Origin: a virus
Taxonomy: Duplodnaviria > Caudoviricetes
IMG/VR virus record: IMGVR_UViG_3300017913_000273
Span: 1-29,763 of that record
DNA length: 29,763 bases
Strand: one strand, 5' to 3'
Positions within the stretch are counted from its first letter, which is position 1. Each line of letters opens with the position of its first letter. Under the pieces are notes generated by a model, which was not told the DNA's origin, made no database searches, and was given only the letters and a program-made list of their open reading frames with translations. This document shows positions 1 through 8,292 of this stretch, piece after piece. The translations under genes and the position numbers were made by a program.

Positions 1-2
1 AT

Positions 3-2189
3 ATCTTTGACCAGTCAGATGCTTCAAACGTATCTCATACACTTGAGTTTATGTATGAAGAGACCCCAGGAAGTGGAACTTTTAACTTAGATTGGACTGC
101 TGGTGTTACGAATAATGGTGGTACTGCTGGTGTTGATAGAATTTTAACATGGCAAGTACCAAGTAATGCACCCGAAGACATGCTTTACACTTGTGATGCA
201 CATGGTTCAGGTATGGGTGGTGAGTTATCACTCTCTGGTCTGAACGGTATAGAAATCGCAAACCCTGCCGATGAAGTAGCCGCAGGAAACTTTACTAACC
301 CAACAATTACTGCCGTTACCTTCTCACAACAATATTACGATGGTGCGTTTCGTTATAATCAAACTCTACACAGATACGAATTCTTTTCAGAAGAACTTGG
401 TTGGGTACAAACAACTTATGCACCGACAGTAACATCGGTAACTGGTTCTGTTCTTGATGGTGAATTAAATTCTATCACAATTGATGGTGGTGGATTTGAC
501 CCTGCAATGACAGTTGAAGTTGTAAGTGTCGATGACCTTTATACTCCTCTATCAAACCCAGTCACATTTACATATGTGAACACTGGCAGAATTACAGCAA
601 CAATTGATGCAAGAACTCCTTACTCACTACAAGACGGTGTGGGTAATATCTTAGAAGCAATTAGTTTTAGATTGACTTCAGGCATTACAAACGCAAGAGC
701 CGTTTCGGGTGAAGTTGAAATTGACAGAGACCCAGAATTTGGTGTTGCATCTCTAGCCACTATTGGTCGCTTCTTTGTAAATACCGATTCTGTTGGTGAA
801 ACGACAGATGTTGAAAACCCTGTTGTTCTTTCTGCTTCTGACCCCGATGACACTGACGCAGAAATTACATTTGCAGTTGCACCAAACACAATGGGCTTTG
901 GTACAAACAGAAATAAAGCAACTGATGGTACTACAGTAGGTGGAAGAACACTAGGTTCAGCAACCACTGACCCAAATACACAAAATTCAGACTTCTCAGT
1001 TTTCTTTGAGCCACAAGTTCCTAATCAAGGTATCTTAAAAGGTGCTGTTAACCCTTGGTCGAACGGTGGTCCCGGTCACCCAGACTATGGTCAGAACTTT
1101 GGCTCAAGTGTTCGTTACCCAGGCACACTAGAAGCATTGCATGACTTAACAGTTCGTGCAACTTCTACAACACCTGATGGTCGTACAACAACAAACGATG
1201 AAACTTTCAGAATGAGAGTTATCACACCTTGGAGATACATTTCAAACATCTCACACCACTACGTTGCTGGTGGATATATTGGTTCAGAGAGTTGGCGTGT
1301 TGTTCATCGTTGTACAGCATCTACTGATACTACAGTTTCGCTAGGTGTTCAACTTGCAGACAATGGTGTTACATCACCAAACGCCAACCGTTCTGGTGTT
1401 CGTTACGGCTCAGAAGCAGTAGACAGATGGTCTGGGCAATATATGATGTTCCAAGCAAATACTTTTGATTATTCGAACAAAACAGAAAACTACAATATGA
1501 TTACCGAGACTGCTTATGGTCTAACAACTGGAGGTCTATCGGTAGAAAGATATGACGTTCAAGGTTGGTCGAATGATACTCGTAGAAAAGGTTACTGTCA
1601 TACAGGTAATACCCCAAGTGGAATTTCTACAACAGTAGACAGATTTAATATGGCTACATCTACTCGTGATGCAACACTGACGAATAGTACAGGTTATCAT
1701 GGTTATGGTGCCGCTACAGTATTTAATGAAACACACGGCTATCATCACCAGTGGGGTCGTTCTTCAAATGGTGCGCCAGATGGTGGTCACAGAATGGAAC
1801 TAGCAACAGAGACATTCTCAGGTGCTAACTACTTTAATCTAGGTTCGCTTGGGTATGCAGGTGCTGTTGGTAAAGCACTCTCAACATGGGGTGAACATGG
1901 AAACCTTGCATATTGGATTGGTTATAATACTGTCACTACATGTTGGAAAGGTGACTTAGGGACTGATACTTTCACAGTAGCACCTTTCGTTCAGACAACA
2001 AATAATGGTGAGGGTAACTGTTCTCACGGATTGAACCACGGGTATTCACTAGGTGGCTATAACGGTGTACAGAACAACCACTCAGATAGATTTAACTTTC
2101 AAACAGAAACTTGTGTTCGTGTAGCAAGCGCAGACACCACAGGTAATGCTGGTACTTCTTCAGCCGCCGTTGGTTGGGTTGAGAAGTAG
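3..2189 (+). CDS. Tail fibre / receptor-binding virion protein, 5'-truncated (cupredoxin-like + knob + IPT/TIG + cadherin-like + C-terminal beta-propeller)
   Basis: The frame is open from the window edge (IFDQSDASNVSHTLEF precedes the ORF-track Met at 51). It has a phage fibre knob motif GAFRYN...E...GW, an IPT-like PTVTSVTG...ITIDGGGF segment, cadherin-like PEF...ASDPD...LTVRAT motifs and a ~310-aa Kelch-like C-terminus (VAGGY, GYSLGGY). Confidence 0.75.
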   Translation: MFDQSDASNVSHTLEFMYEETPGSGTFNLDWTAGVTNNGGTAGVDRILTWQVPSNAPEDMLYTCDAHGSGMGGELSLSGLNGIEIANPADEVAAGNFTNPTITAVTFSQQYYDGAFRYNQTLHRYEFFSEELGWVQTTYAPTVTSVTGSVLDGELNSITIDGGGFDPAMTVEVVSVDDLYTPLSNPVTFTYVNTGRITATIDARTPYSLQDGVGNILEAISFRLTSGITNARAVSGEVEIDRDPEFGVASLATIGRFFVNTDSVGETTDVENPVVLSASDPDDTDAEITFAVAPNTMGFGTNRNKATDGTTVGGRTLGSATTDPNTQNSDFSVFFEPQVPNQGILKGAVNPWSNGGPGHPDYGQNFGSSVRYPGTLEALHDLTVRATSTTPDGRTTTNDETFRMRVITPWRYISNISHHYVAGGYIGSESWRVVHRCTASTDTTVSLGVQLADNGVTSPNANRSGVRYGSEAVDRWSGQYMMFQANTFDYSNKTENYNMITETAYGLTTGGLSVERYDVQGWSNDTRRKGYCHTGNTPSGISTTVDRFNMATSTRDATLTNSTGYHGYGAATVFNETHGYHHQWGRSSNGAPDGGHRMELATETFSGANYFNLGSLGYAGAVGKALSTWGEHGNLAYWIGYNTVTTCWKGDLGTDTFTVAPFVQTTNNGEGNCSHGLNHGYSLGGYNGVQNNHSDRFNFQTETCVRVASADTTGNAGTSSAAVGWVEK

Positions 2190-2192
2190 ACG

Positions 2193-2200
2193 TATAAATA
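2193..2200 (+). promoter_or_regulatory. T4-type late promoter TATAAATA
   Basis: Exact gp55-type consensus in the intergenic gap, 30 bp before the ATG at 2231. Confidence 0.8.
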
Positions 2201-2230
2201 TAATGAAAGAACTAACTAAAGGATAGAATA

Positions 2231-2989
2231 ATGCCAATCATAAATTTAACAAGCACAGACAGAGTTGCAGATTGGCTTGCACGAACTAATGAAGTTATTG
2301 ATGAACTCAATGACGGTGTTGGTAACCGACAGGCGCTATCTACAACTGATAAGACGATTGTTGGTGCGATTAACGAACTTGCAGGTCCAGGTGCTATTAC
2401 ATCTGTTAACCTCGCTGATGGTGCAGTCACTACACAGAAAATCGCAGACGATGCCGTAACTACAGCAAAAATTGTTGAGAATATCGTTCTTCCAGGTACT
2501 GGTTGGACAAAACTACCATCAGGTACTACTGCACAAAGACCAACAGGTGCCCAAGAGGGTTACATTCGATATAACACAGATTTTAATCATTACGAACAAT
2601 ATACTGACATTGGTTGGGTACTCATCGTTGGTGCCCCTATTGCAACAAGTTCTTCTGGAACACTAACTGAAAGTGTTAATTCACAAGTAACACTAACAGG
2701 TACAGGATTCACTGAAGATATGTCTATTTTTGCAGTAGACCCAAATAATAACAATGCTCAGATTGTTCAGATGACAAATGTTAACTTTGTTTCATTTACA
2801 CAGGTGCAGTTTACATATCCTGCAGTAGCAAACCCAATTCCTGCAAGTGTTACTGAAGTCGCATTCAGAGTACAATCAGGCGCATCAAACCTAAGTAGTA
2901 TTACAGACTTTACAATTAATGTTGGTCGTGGTCCTACTTTTGCAGTACAGTCTGGTGCTGTTGTGGGTGAATTCCAATTAAACGGATAA
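2231..2989 (+). CDS. Tail-fibre N-terminal anchor protein (252 aa) ending in the first strands of a cadherin-like domain
   Basis: N-terminal virion-attachment-like motifs (DWLARTNEVI, LSTTDKTIVGAINEL), ADGAVTT-K repeats, a LPSGTTAQRP..GYIRYN knob and an IPT domain. Colinear with the middle of the 3..2189 protein. SD AAGGA upstream. Confidence 0.75.
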   Translation: MPIINLTSTDRVADWLARTNEVIDELNDGVGNRQALSTTDKTIVGAINELAGPGAITSVNLADGAVTTQKIADDAVTTAKIVENIVLPGTGWTKLPSGTTAQRPTGAQEGYIRYNTDFNHYEQYTDIGWVLIVGAPIATSSSGTLTESVNSQVTLTGTGFTEDMSIFAVDPNNNNAQIVQMTNVNFVSFTQVQFTYPAVANPIPASVTEVAFRVQSGASNLSSITDFTINVGRGPTFAVQSGAVVGEFQLNG

Positions 2990-3000
2990 GGGATTAAATA

Positions 3001-4734
3001 ATGGCTGTTACCTTCATATCAGGTTCAAATAAACCAATCAATGCTTACGATGTTGACAACACGCAAGTAACATACAGCGTTACGTCTCAGCCAGGCAGTG
3101 ATATCACAGGGTTTACTAACACTGGTACCGCCATTGCTTTGACAACGCCTGCGGGAATCACTGGAGTATCAAAATCCATTGCAGTTTATGTTTTACAATC
3201 TGCATCTTCTGGTAATGCTACACTAAAAAGCATTTCACTCAAGCAAACTGGTTCAGATACAGAACTTTTGACAGACGCAGGACTTGATGATGTACCTACA
3301 AACTGGATTATAAACGCAGGAGTAACAGATAACGCTGACGGCACTGTTACTATGACAGGTACTTCAGTAAGCGCAGAGATTAAACAAGACATTGCTCTTA
3401 CTGCTAACACTGAATATAAACTAGAAATTGTTGCTGATATTCCAATTAACACAACCATGAGACTTCAGAGTTATCACTATGACAGTACCAACCAAGGTGC
3501 TGATGGAACTTTTAGTCAAACTGGTTTCATCTTTGATATTCCTGGTGCTGGTCAAGGTGAAGAAACATATTCTTTCAAATTTTTTCCCACAGAAACAACT
3601 CGGGTAGACGCAACTTCCACTGTAAATAGAGCATTGAATGGTGGACCAGGGTCTGCCGATTATGGTACGAATAATACAAGTTCTAAAACATATAGACATC
3701 ATAACACAACAACTGCTAGAAATCATAGTTTCACAGTTCGTGCAACTGACGCCGATGGGGAGGTTGCAGATAGGTCATTCAACATTAAGGCAACTCTGCC
3801 TTGGAGATATATCGCAAACATCTCACACAACTTTATTGCAGGTGGTTACTACAATGCAGAAAGTTGGAGAACAGTAAACCGTTGTGATGTAAGTACAGAT
3901 ACAACATCTAACTTGGGTAGTCTGATGGCAGCAAACGGTGTTACATCACCAAACGGCAACCGTTCAGGTATGAGATATTCAGACAGTTCGAATGACAGAT
4001 GGACAGGTAATGCTATTTGTTACTCAACATATGCATATGACGCAAACAATCACTGCGAAAACTTTAATATGATTACAAATACTATGTATGGTAATGGTGC
4101 AAGACTTGCAAACTCAACAAACGGTGGTAACGCTTGGACGGATGATACTCGTAGAACAGGATTCTATGGTGGTCCAAGTGGTATCTACGAAAAGTTTACT
4201 CATACAACAATGACAAGAATTACACAGTTCACAGGTTTTAATAGTTATAACTATCACGCCACATTCTTTAATGAGACTGCTGGTTATACTTATTCTGCAA
4301 CTGCTGGTAACCAAACAACGGCTGAAAAACATGCTTATGCTACAGATACAAGAAGCACAGGAGCATACACAGTAGACAGTACATTTGCTGGTGGTGCAGG
4401 TAACCATACAAAAGCAATCTCAACTTTGGGATATGGACAAGATGAAATTTGGTTAGTGGGATGGAACATTGTCTCTAACACTTGTATTGTAAGACTAGCA
4501 AACAGTACAGCAGTCGCAGGACCTGCTCAAACAACAAACAATGGTGAAGGTAACTGTACATCAGGTCCAACTGAAAGTCACGGATATTCACTAGGTGGCT
4601 ATAACGGGACACCTCAAAACAATCACGCCGACAAAATGAACTATTCGTCATCAACAATTACCAGGGTTGCATCGGCAGACCTTAGACCACACTCAGGTGC
4701 ATCATCTGGTGGTCGTATGTGGGCGGAGTTATAA
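3001..4734 (+). CDS. Fibre tip / receptor-binding protein A (incomplete cadherin-like domain with CBM-like insert + beta-propeller)
   Basis: 577 aa; paralog of the C-terminal part of 3..2189 (NGGPGS.DYG, TVRATD, PWRY, AGGY, QTTNNGEGNC, GYSLGGYNG). Confidence 0.75.
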   Translation: MAVTFISGSNKPINAYDVDNTQVTYSVTSQPGSDITGFTNTGTAIALTTPAGITGVSKSIAVYVLQSASSGNATLKSISLKQTGSDTELLTDAGLDDVPTNWIINAGVTDNADGTVTMTGTSVSAEIKQDIALTANTEYKLEIVADIPINTTMRLQSYHYDSTNQGADGTFSQTGFIFDIPGAGQGEETYSFKFFPTETTRVDATSTVNRALNGGPGSADYGTNNTSSKTYRHHNTTTARNHSFTVRATDADGEVADRSFNIKATLPWRYIANISHNFIAGGYYNAESWRTVNRCDVSTDTTSNLGSLMAANGVTSPNGNRSGMRYSDSSNDRWTGNAICYSTYAYDANNHCENFNMITNTMYGNGARLANSTNGGNAWTDDTRRTGFYGGPSGIYEKFTHTTMTRITQFTGFNSYNYHATFFNETAGYTYSATAGNQTTAEKHAYATDTRSTGAYTVDSTFAGGAGNHTKAISTLGYGQDEIWLVGWNIVSNTCIVRLANSTAVAGPAQTTNNGEGNCTSGPTESHGYSLGGYNGTPQNNHADKMNYSSSTITRVASADLRPHSGASSGGRMWAEL

Positions 4735-4737
4735 GAA

Positions 4738-6477
4738 ATGGCAGTCACTTTTGTAAACAATTCTAACAAAGCAATTAATGCTTTCGATACAGATGCTCAG
4801 AGTGTAACATATACTCTTGACACTCAACCTGGAACTCAGTACGTTGATGGAACACCAAACTCAAATGTAGCAATTACTACAACCACAGTGACGGGTCAAT
4901 CTCGTATCGCTGGTGTGTATGCAGTAAACTCAACGGGTGTTATCAACGTATACAGTGCAAGTTTAACAAAAGTATCGGATAGCACAGAGTATTACACAAA
5001 CACTAGTTTTGACGATGCGACTGGTGGTGTAGTAGACGATTGGGTTGGTTCATCTGACACAGGAAGTCAGGCTACAACGCAGTTTACAGATGGTTCGAAT
5101 GACAACTATGTTCAGTTATCTGCAAACGGTGGAGCATTTCAAGGATTATATCAAAGTTTTGCACTCGTTGCAAATCAACAGTATCGTTTTTCAGTAGATG
5201 CACAGATTCCTGCGGGAAGCATTCTAAGACTTGACAGTAGACACTTTGGTGCAAACAATTCTGGTGCGCCTCAAGAAGGTTTCTTTACTGACATTCAAGG
5301 CGATGGTATTCGCAGAACACATACTTTTAGTTTCTATCCTGCAGATACAGCATTTATCAGCCCAACAGGATTTCCAGACCGTTCAATTAACGGAGGTCCA
5401 GGTTCAGTTGACTTTGGTGTAAATCGTACATCAACTAATACTGACGTTGCACCAAATACAAGATATTATAATCACCCAGTTCAAATAACTGCTACTGACA
5501 CTGATGGAAACGATACAACAGATAACTTTCATATTCGTGCAGTGCTACCTTGGACACACATTGCAAACTTGACACATGGTTATGTTTGTGGTGGATATAT
5601 TGGTGCAGAGAGTTGGCGTCACGTTTGTAAACTAGACTACTCAACTGATGCTTCAGTATCAATGGGAACACAACTAGCCTCTAATGGTGTTACAGACCCA
5701 AATGGAAACCGTTCAGGCTGTCGTTATACTGATGGTTCAACTGATATCTGGACAGGTAACGGTATTTGTTACTCATCATATGCGTATGCTCAAAGTTCTT
5801 ATACAGAAAACTACAACATGGTGACTGAAACTGCATATGGTCTAAACAACCAACACAACGGTGGTCACTATGGGCAACAAGGCGCAACTGATTACGACAG
5901 ACGCTTTGGTTATTCTCATGCAGGTTCGTTGAACGACACAAGCACTGCTACTTCTCAGGTTGAGAAATTTAACTTGTCAACAACAACAAGAGTTGGTGAC
6001 ATTGGACAAGCAACTGCATGGGTTCTTCACGGTGGCGGATTTACAGAAACACATATGTATTTTGCACAAGCAGGTTCTGGTACAAGAGACTACTATGACT
6101 TTGCAACGGAAACTCGTGTGGGTAACGGTTGGACAAACAATGCTGAATTTACTGCTGGTACCGCACATACAAAAGCAATTTCAATGTGGGACAACAGAGG
6201 TTGGTTCGTAGGTTGGAACACTGTGGTGAACACATATATAATTAACTTCACAACTGGTGTTATGACTAGAGCGGGTGACCAAACAACAAACAATGGTGAA
6301 GCAAACTGTCTGACGGCTATGAACCACGGTTATACTTGCGGTGCATACAATGGCACACAGAACAACCACTCAGATAAGTTTAACTTCTCTAATGGTACAG
6401 TGACAAGAAATGCTGTTGGTGATAACAAAGGCGCACCCGGAGCATCTTCTGGTGTCGCAATGTGGGTTGAAAGATAA
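4738..6477 (+). CDS. Fibre tip / receptor-binding protein B, tandem paralog of 3001..4734
   Basis: 579 aa; same N-terminus (MAVTF..SNK.INA.D.D) and same domain order as tip A; SD GGAG inside the end of the previous gene. Confidence 0.75.
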   Translation: MAVTFVNNSNKAINAFDTDAQSVTYTLDTQPGTQYVDGTPNSNVAITTTTVTGQSRIAGVYAVNSTGVINVYSASLTKVSDSTEYYTNTSFDDATGGVVDDWVGSSDTGSQATTQFTDGSNDNYVQLSANGGAFQGLYQSFALVANQQYRFSVDAQIPAGSILRLDSRHFGANNSGAPQEGFFTDIQGDGIRRTHTFSFYPADTAFISPTGFPDRSINGGPGSVDFGVNRTSTNTDVAPNTRYYNHPVQITATDTDGNDTTDNFHIRAVLPWTHIANLTHGYVCGGYIGAESWRHVCKLDYSTDASVSMGTQLASNGVTDPNGNRSGCRYTDGSTDIWTGNGICYSSYAYAQSSYTENYNMVTETAYGLNNQHNGGHYGQQGATDYDRRFGYSHAGSLNDTSTATSQVEKFNLSTTTRVGDIGQATAWVLHGGGFTETHMYFAQAGSGTRDYYDFATETRVGNGWTNNAEFTAGTAHTKAISMWDNRGWFVGWNTVVNTYIINFTTGVMTRAGDQTTNNGEANCLTAMNHGYTCGAYNGTQNNHSDKFNFSNGTVTRNAVGDNKGAPGASSGVAMWVER

Positions 6478-6479
6478 CA

Positions 6480-6487
6480 TATAAATA
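6480..6487 (+). promoter_or_regulatory. T4-type late promoter TATAAATA
   Basis: Exact consensus, intergenic, upstream of SD GAGGAG and the ATG at 6529. Confidence 0.8.
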
Positions 6488-6528
6488 AAACATAAGTGAA
6501 ATACTTTATTCGAGGAGCGAAGTAAAAT

Positions 6529-7359
6529 ATGCCTGATTTTAATAAACAATATGATGTAACTATCCATGACCTTTATTTGGAAGAAAATGAAGGGGAGAAT
6601 AGATACAGTAAGCGAGACTTGTTTCAACTAACAAATGATTCCATGCCAATGGATAGACTACAAGTTAGGTCATTTGTTGTACAACAAGCCCTGACCCCAT
6701 ACAAACAAATTCAACAGTGTATGATGGAGGTCGATGGTCGTAAGGCTGGACTAAAAGAACACGAATTTTCTATGCGTGAACTTGAAGCGGATATGGCAAT
6801 CTACAGAGAAAAGATTGAAAAGGCGCCTGAAGGTCCACAAAGAGAAAAATATAAGATTAAACTTGAGCGGGTTGAATTTAATTACGAAAGAAAGAAATTA
6901 TCCCGTAAGAGAATGGAAATCGAAATTGGTTATCTACTAGAGATGTACCAAGAACTCACAAATAAGTTGAGTTTCGAAGAAATGGATGAACGCCGTGACG
7001 AACTAGAACTTGAGTATTGGGAAACTCGTATGTCTAAACAGGCAGGGGTTGACCTACTATCACATGGTGCGATTGGTGTAGGTAATATGCTATCAATCAT
7101 GGATATGCCAAAAGAGACAATGGAAAAAACACTCAAGTTGACAGTAGACGTTGCTGAAAAAATGCGTGATGAACTCCCAGATGGAGTTGGTAAAAAACTA
7201 TTTGCTCTTGGACAAGCAGAGATGAAGCGAGACATTGAACTAGAATTTAGTAAGTCTGACCTTCTGAAAATTCAGCAAGCCCAAGAAGAAAATGACACTT
7301 TTCTTGATGGACCGAGTATAAATACTAGTGAAGCAGAAAAGGTCGCTACAAAGGAATAA
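6529..7359 (+). CDS. Hypothetical coiled-coil protein associated with the fibre cluster
   Basis: 276 aa, long E/K/R-rich heptad stretch, strong SD, late promoter upstream. Confidence 0.6.
   Translation: MPDFNKQYDVTIHDLYLEENEGENRYSKRDLFQLTNDSMPMDRLQVRSFVVQQALTPYKQIQQCMMEVDGRKAGLKEHEFSMRELEADMAIYREKIEKAPEGPQREKYKIKLERVEFNYERKKLSRKRMEIEIGYLLEMYQELTNKLSFEEMDERRDELELEYWETRMSKQAGVDLLSHGAIGVGNMLSIMDMPKETMEKTLKLTVDVAEKMRDELPDGVGKKLFALGQAEMKRDIELEFSKSDLLKIQQAQEENDTFLDGPSINTSEAEKVATKE
7317..7324 (+). promoter_or_regulatory. Probable internal late promoter TATAAATA for the 7366 gene
   Basis: Exact consensus 42 bp upstream of ATG 7366, inside the 3' end of the preceding CDS. Confidence 0.5.
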
Positions 7360-7365
7360 ACTTAA

Positions 7366-8190
7366 ATGGCTACTAGATACATTTTTTATCGTAAACCAGA
7401 CCACACAGAGACAAGAGACTTGTGGGCTATTACAGACTTCGGTGGTACCGATGGCTGGTTTACGGGTTCTATCGATGATGAGAATTTTGTAAAGATGGAA
7501 GTCTCTGTGTTTGACAAATATCAAATACAAGAGATTCCTGAAAGTGTTGCTCGTGCAGTACCATTCTCTTCTATCATTCCTTATCCAGAACTTGTTGAAA
7601 GTGGCAATTGGAGAAAATCAATCTACGAAGGTGAAGTAGAACACCATTATGACGATGAAGGTGAATATGTAAATTCAACATGGTTGGCTACAGGTAAAAC
7701 TCTAACTTGGTCAACTGATGCTGAAGGCAACTTCACACCAAAATACGAAGGCAAGTACACCCTAACAGATGAAGATATTGAAAATGCTGTTGCTGTTCAG
7801 AGACTTTTCAAAAAGGCTCGTCTAAGAGAACGCATGGAAAAAGAATTCATGTTAATGTGGCAGTCAAAATCACCTCTCGAAAGAGAGACTTGGGCTGAAC
7901 AAGCAAGACAAGCACAACTATATCGTAGAACAAATAATGAGGGTGATGCACCTATCATTCAGCAACTTGCAGAAGCAAGAGGTCGTACATTCAACTATAT
8001 GCTTGAAAAAATTGAAGAGAAGATAGCCGCTTGGAACACAAAGATGGTTGAAAAACTAGGTCCGTTCCAAAGACGTATCGATTACATTGACAGTGCGACA
8101 ACCTTTGCTGAAATCTACAATTATGAGAACGAAGGCATGTCCGAGTTTAACGGAGCCGCTGTTGTTGCTCAACCACCATCTGACTACTAA
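7366..8190 (+). CDS. Putative tail-fibre assembly/chaperone-like protein
   Basis: The C-terminal motif ERETWAEQARQA...APIIQQLAEARG matches the E..TW..Q..EA...P.L..LA..RG pattern I recall from proteins encoded after phage fibre genes; SD AAGGA. Confidence 0.5.
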   Translation: MATRYIFYRKPDHTETRDLWAITDFGGTDGWFTGSIDDENFVKMEVSVFDKYQIQEIPESVARAVPFSSIIPYPELVESGNWRKSIYEGEVEHHYDDEGEYVNSTWLATGKTLTWSTDAEGNFTPKYEGKYTLTDEDIENAVAVQRLFKKARLRERMEKEFMLMWQSKSPLERETWAEQARQAQLYRRTNNEGDAPIIQQLAEARGRTFNYMLEKIEEKIAAWNTKMVEKLGPFQRRIDYIDSATTFAEIYNYENEGMSEFNGAAVVAQPPSDY

Positions 8191-8207
8191 TATACATTAG
8201 ATATACA

Positions 8208-8262
8208 GATACATTATCAGCAACACCTAAATACTAACACAATTGTCAAGGGTTGTCAAGGG
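8208..8262. repeat. 55-bp intergenic element, copy 1 (copy 2 at 27222..27276)
   Basis: Gapless alignment with 42/55 identities by manual count: GATACATT-n5-CAACACCTA-n-ATA-n-TAACA-n3-TTGTCAAG-n4-GTCAAGGG. Confidence 0.85.
8231..8259 (-). promoter_or_regulatory. Leftward (antisense) sigma70-type promoter
   Basis: The minus strand reads TTGACA (8259-8254), 17 nt, then TAGTAT (8236-8231), with an extended -10 TGn. Confidence 0.6.
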
Positions 8263-8292
8263 CTAAAATCTACTTGACAACCTTTTTCTTTT
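8251..8292 (+). terminator. Probable intrinsic terminator ending the fibre cluster
   Basis: Perfect 10-bp stem GGTTGTCAAG (8251-8260) / CTTGACAACC (8273-8282), 12-nt loop, followed by TTTTTCTTTT. Confidence 0.6.

Noticed and set aside
2984-3003. T4 gene 60-style ribosomal bypass (GGA take-off codon followed by a stop) or frameshift joining the anchor to tip A
   Set aside because: The nearby GGA (2991-2993) lands in the wrong frame and looks like the SD of tip A. The tip frame has TAA at 2995-2997, and I see no take-off hairpin.
4732-4740. Stop-codon read-through fusing tip A and tip B (same frame, TAA-GAA-ATG)
   Set aside because: UAA is an efficient stop, tip B has its own SD and the same MAVTF start as tip A, and in-frame spacing occurs by chance one time in three.
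1900-6477. Diversity-generating retroelement or invertase-driven fibre switching
   Set aside because: No reverse transcriptase or recombinase is in the window, all cassettes are in direct orientation, and I found no long template/variable repeat pair differing only at adenines.
8207-8215. 9-nt complementarity between the repeat (AGATACATT) and the gp23 start region (AATGTATCT, 25333-25341)
   Set aside because: Too short to be significant in AT-rich DNA, and the predicted leftward RNA would be the same sense as the gp23 mRNA rather than antisense to it.
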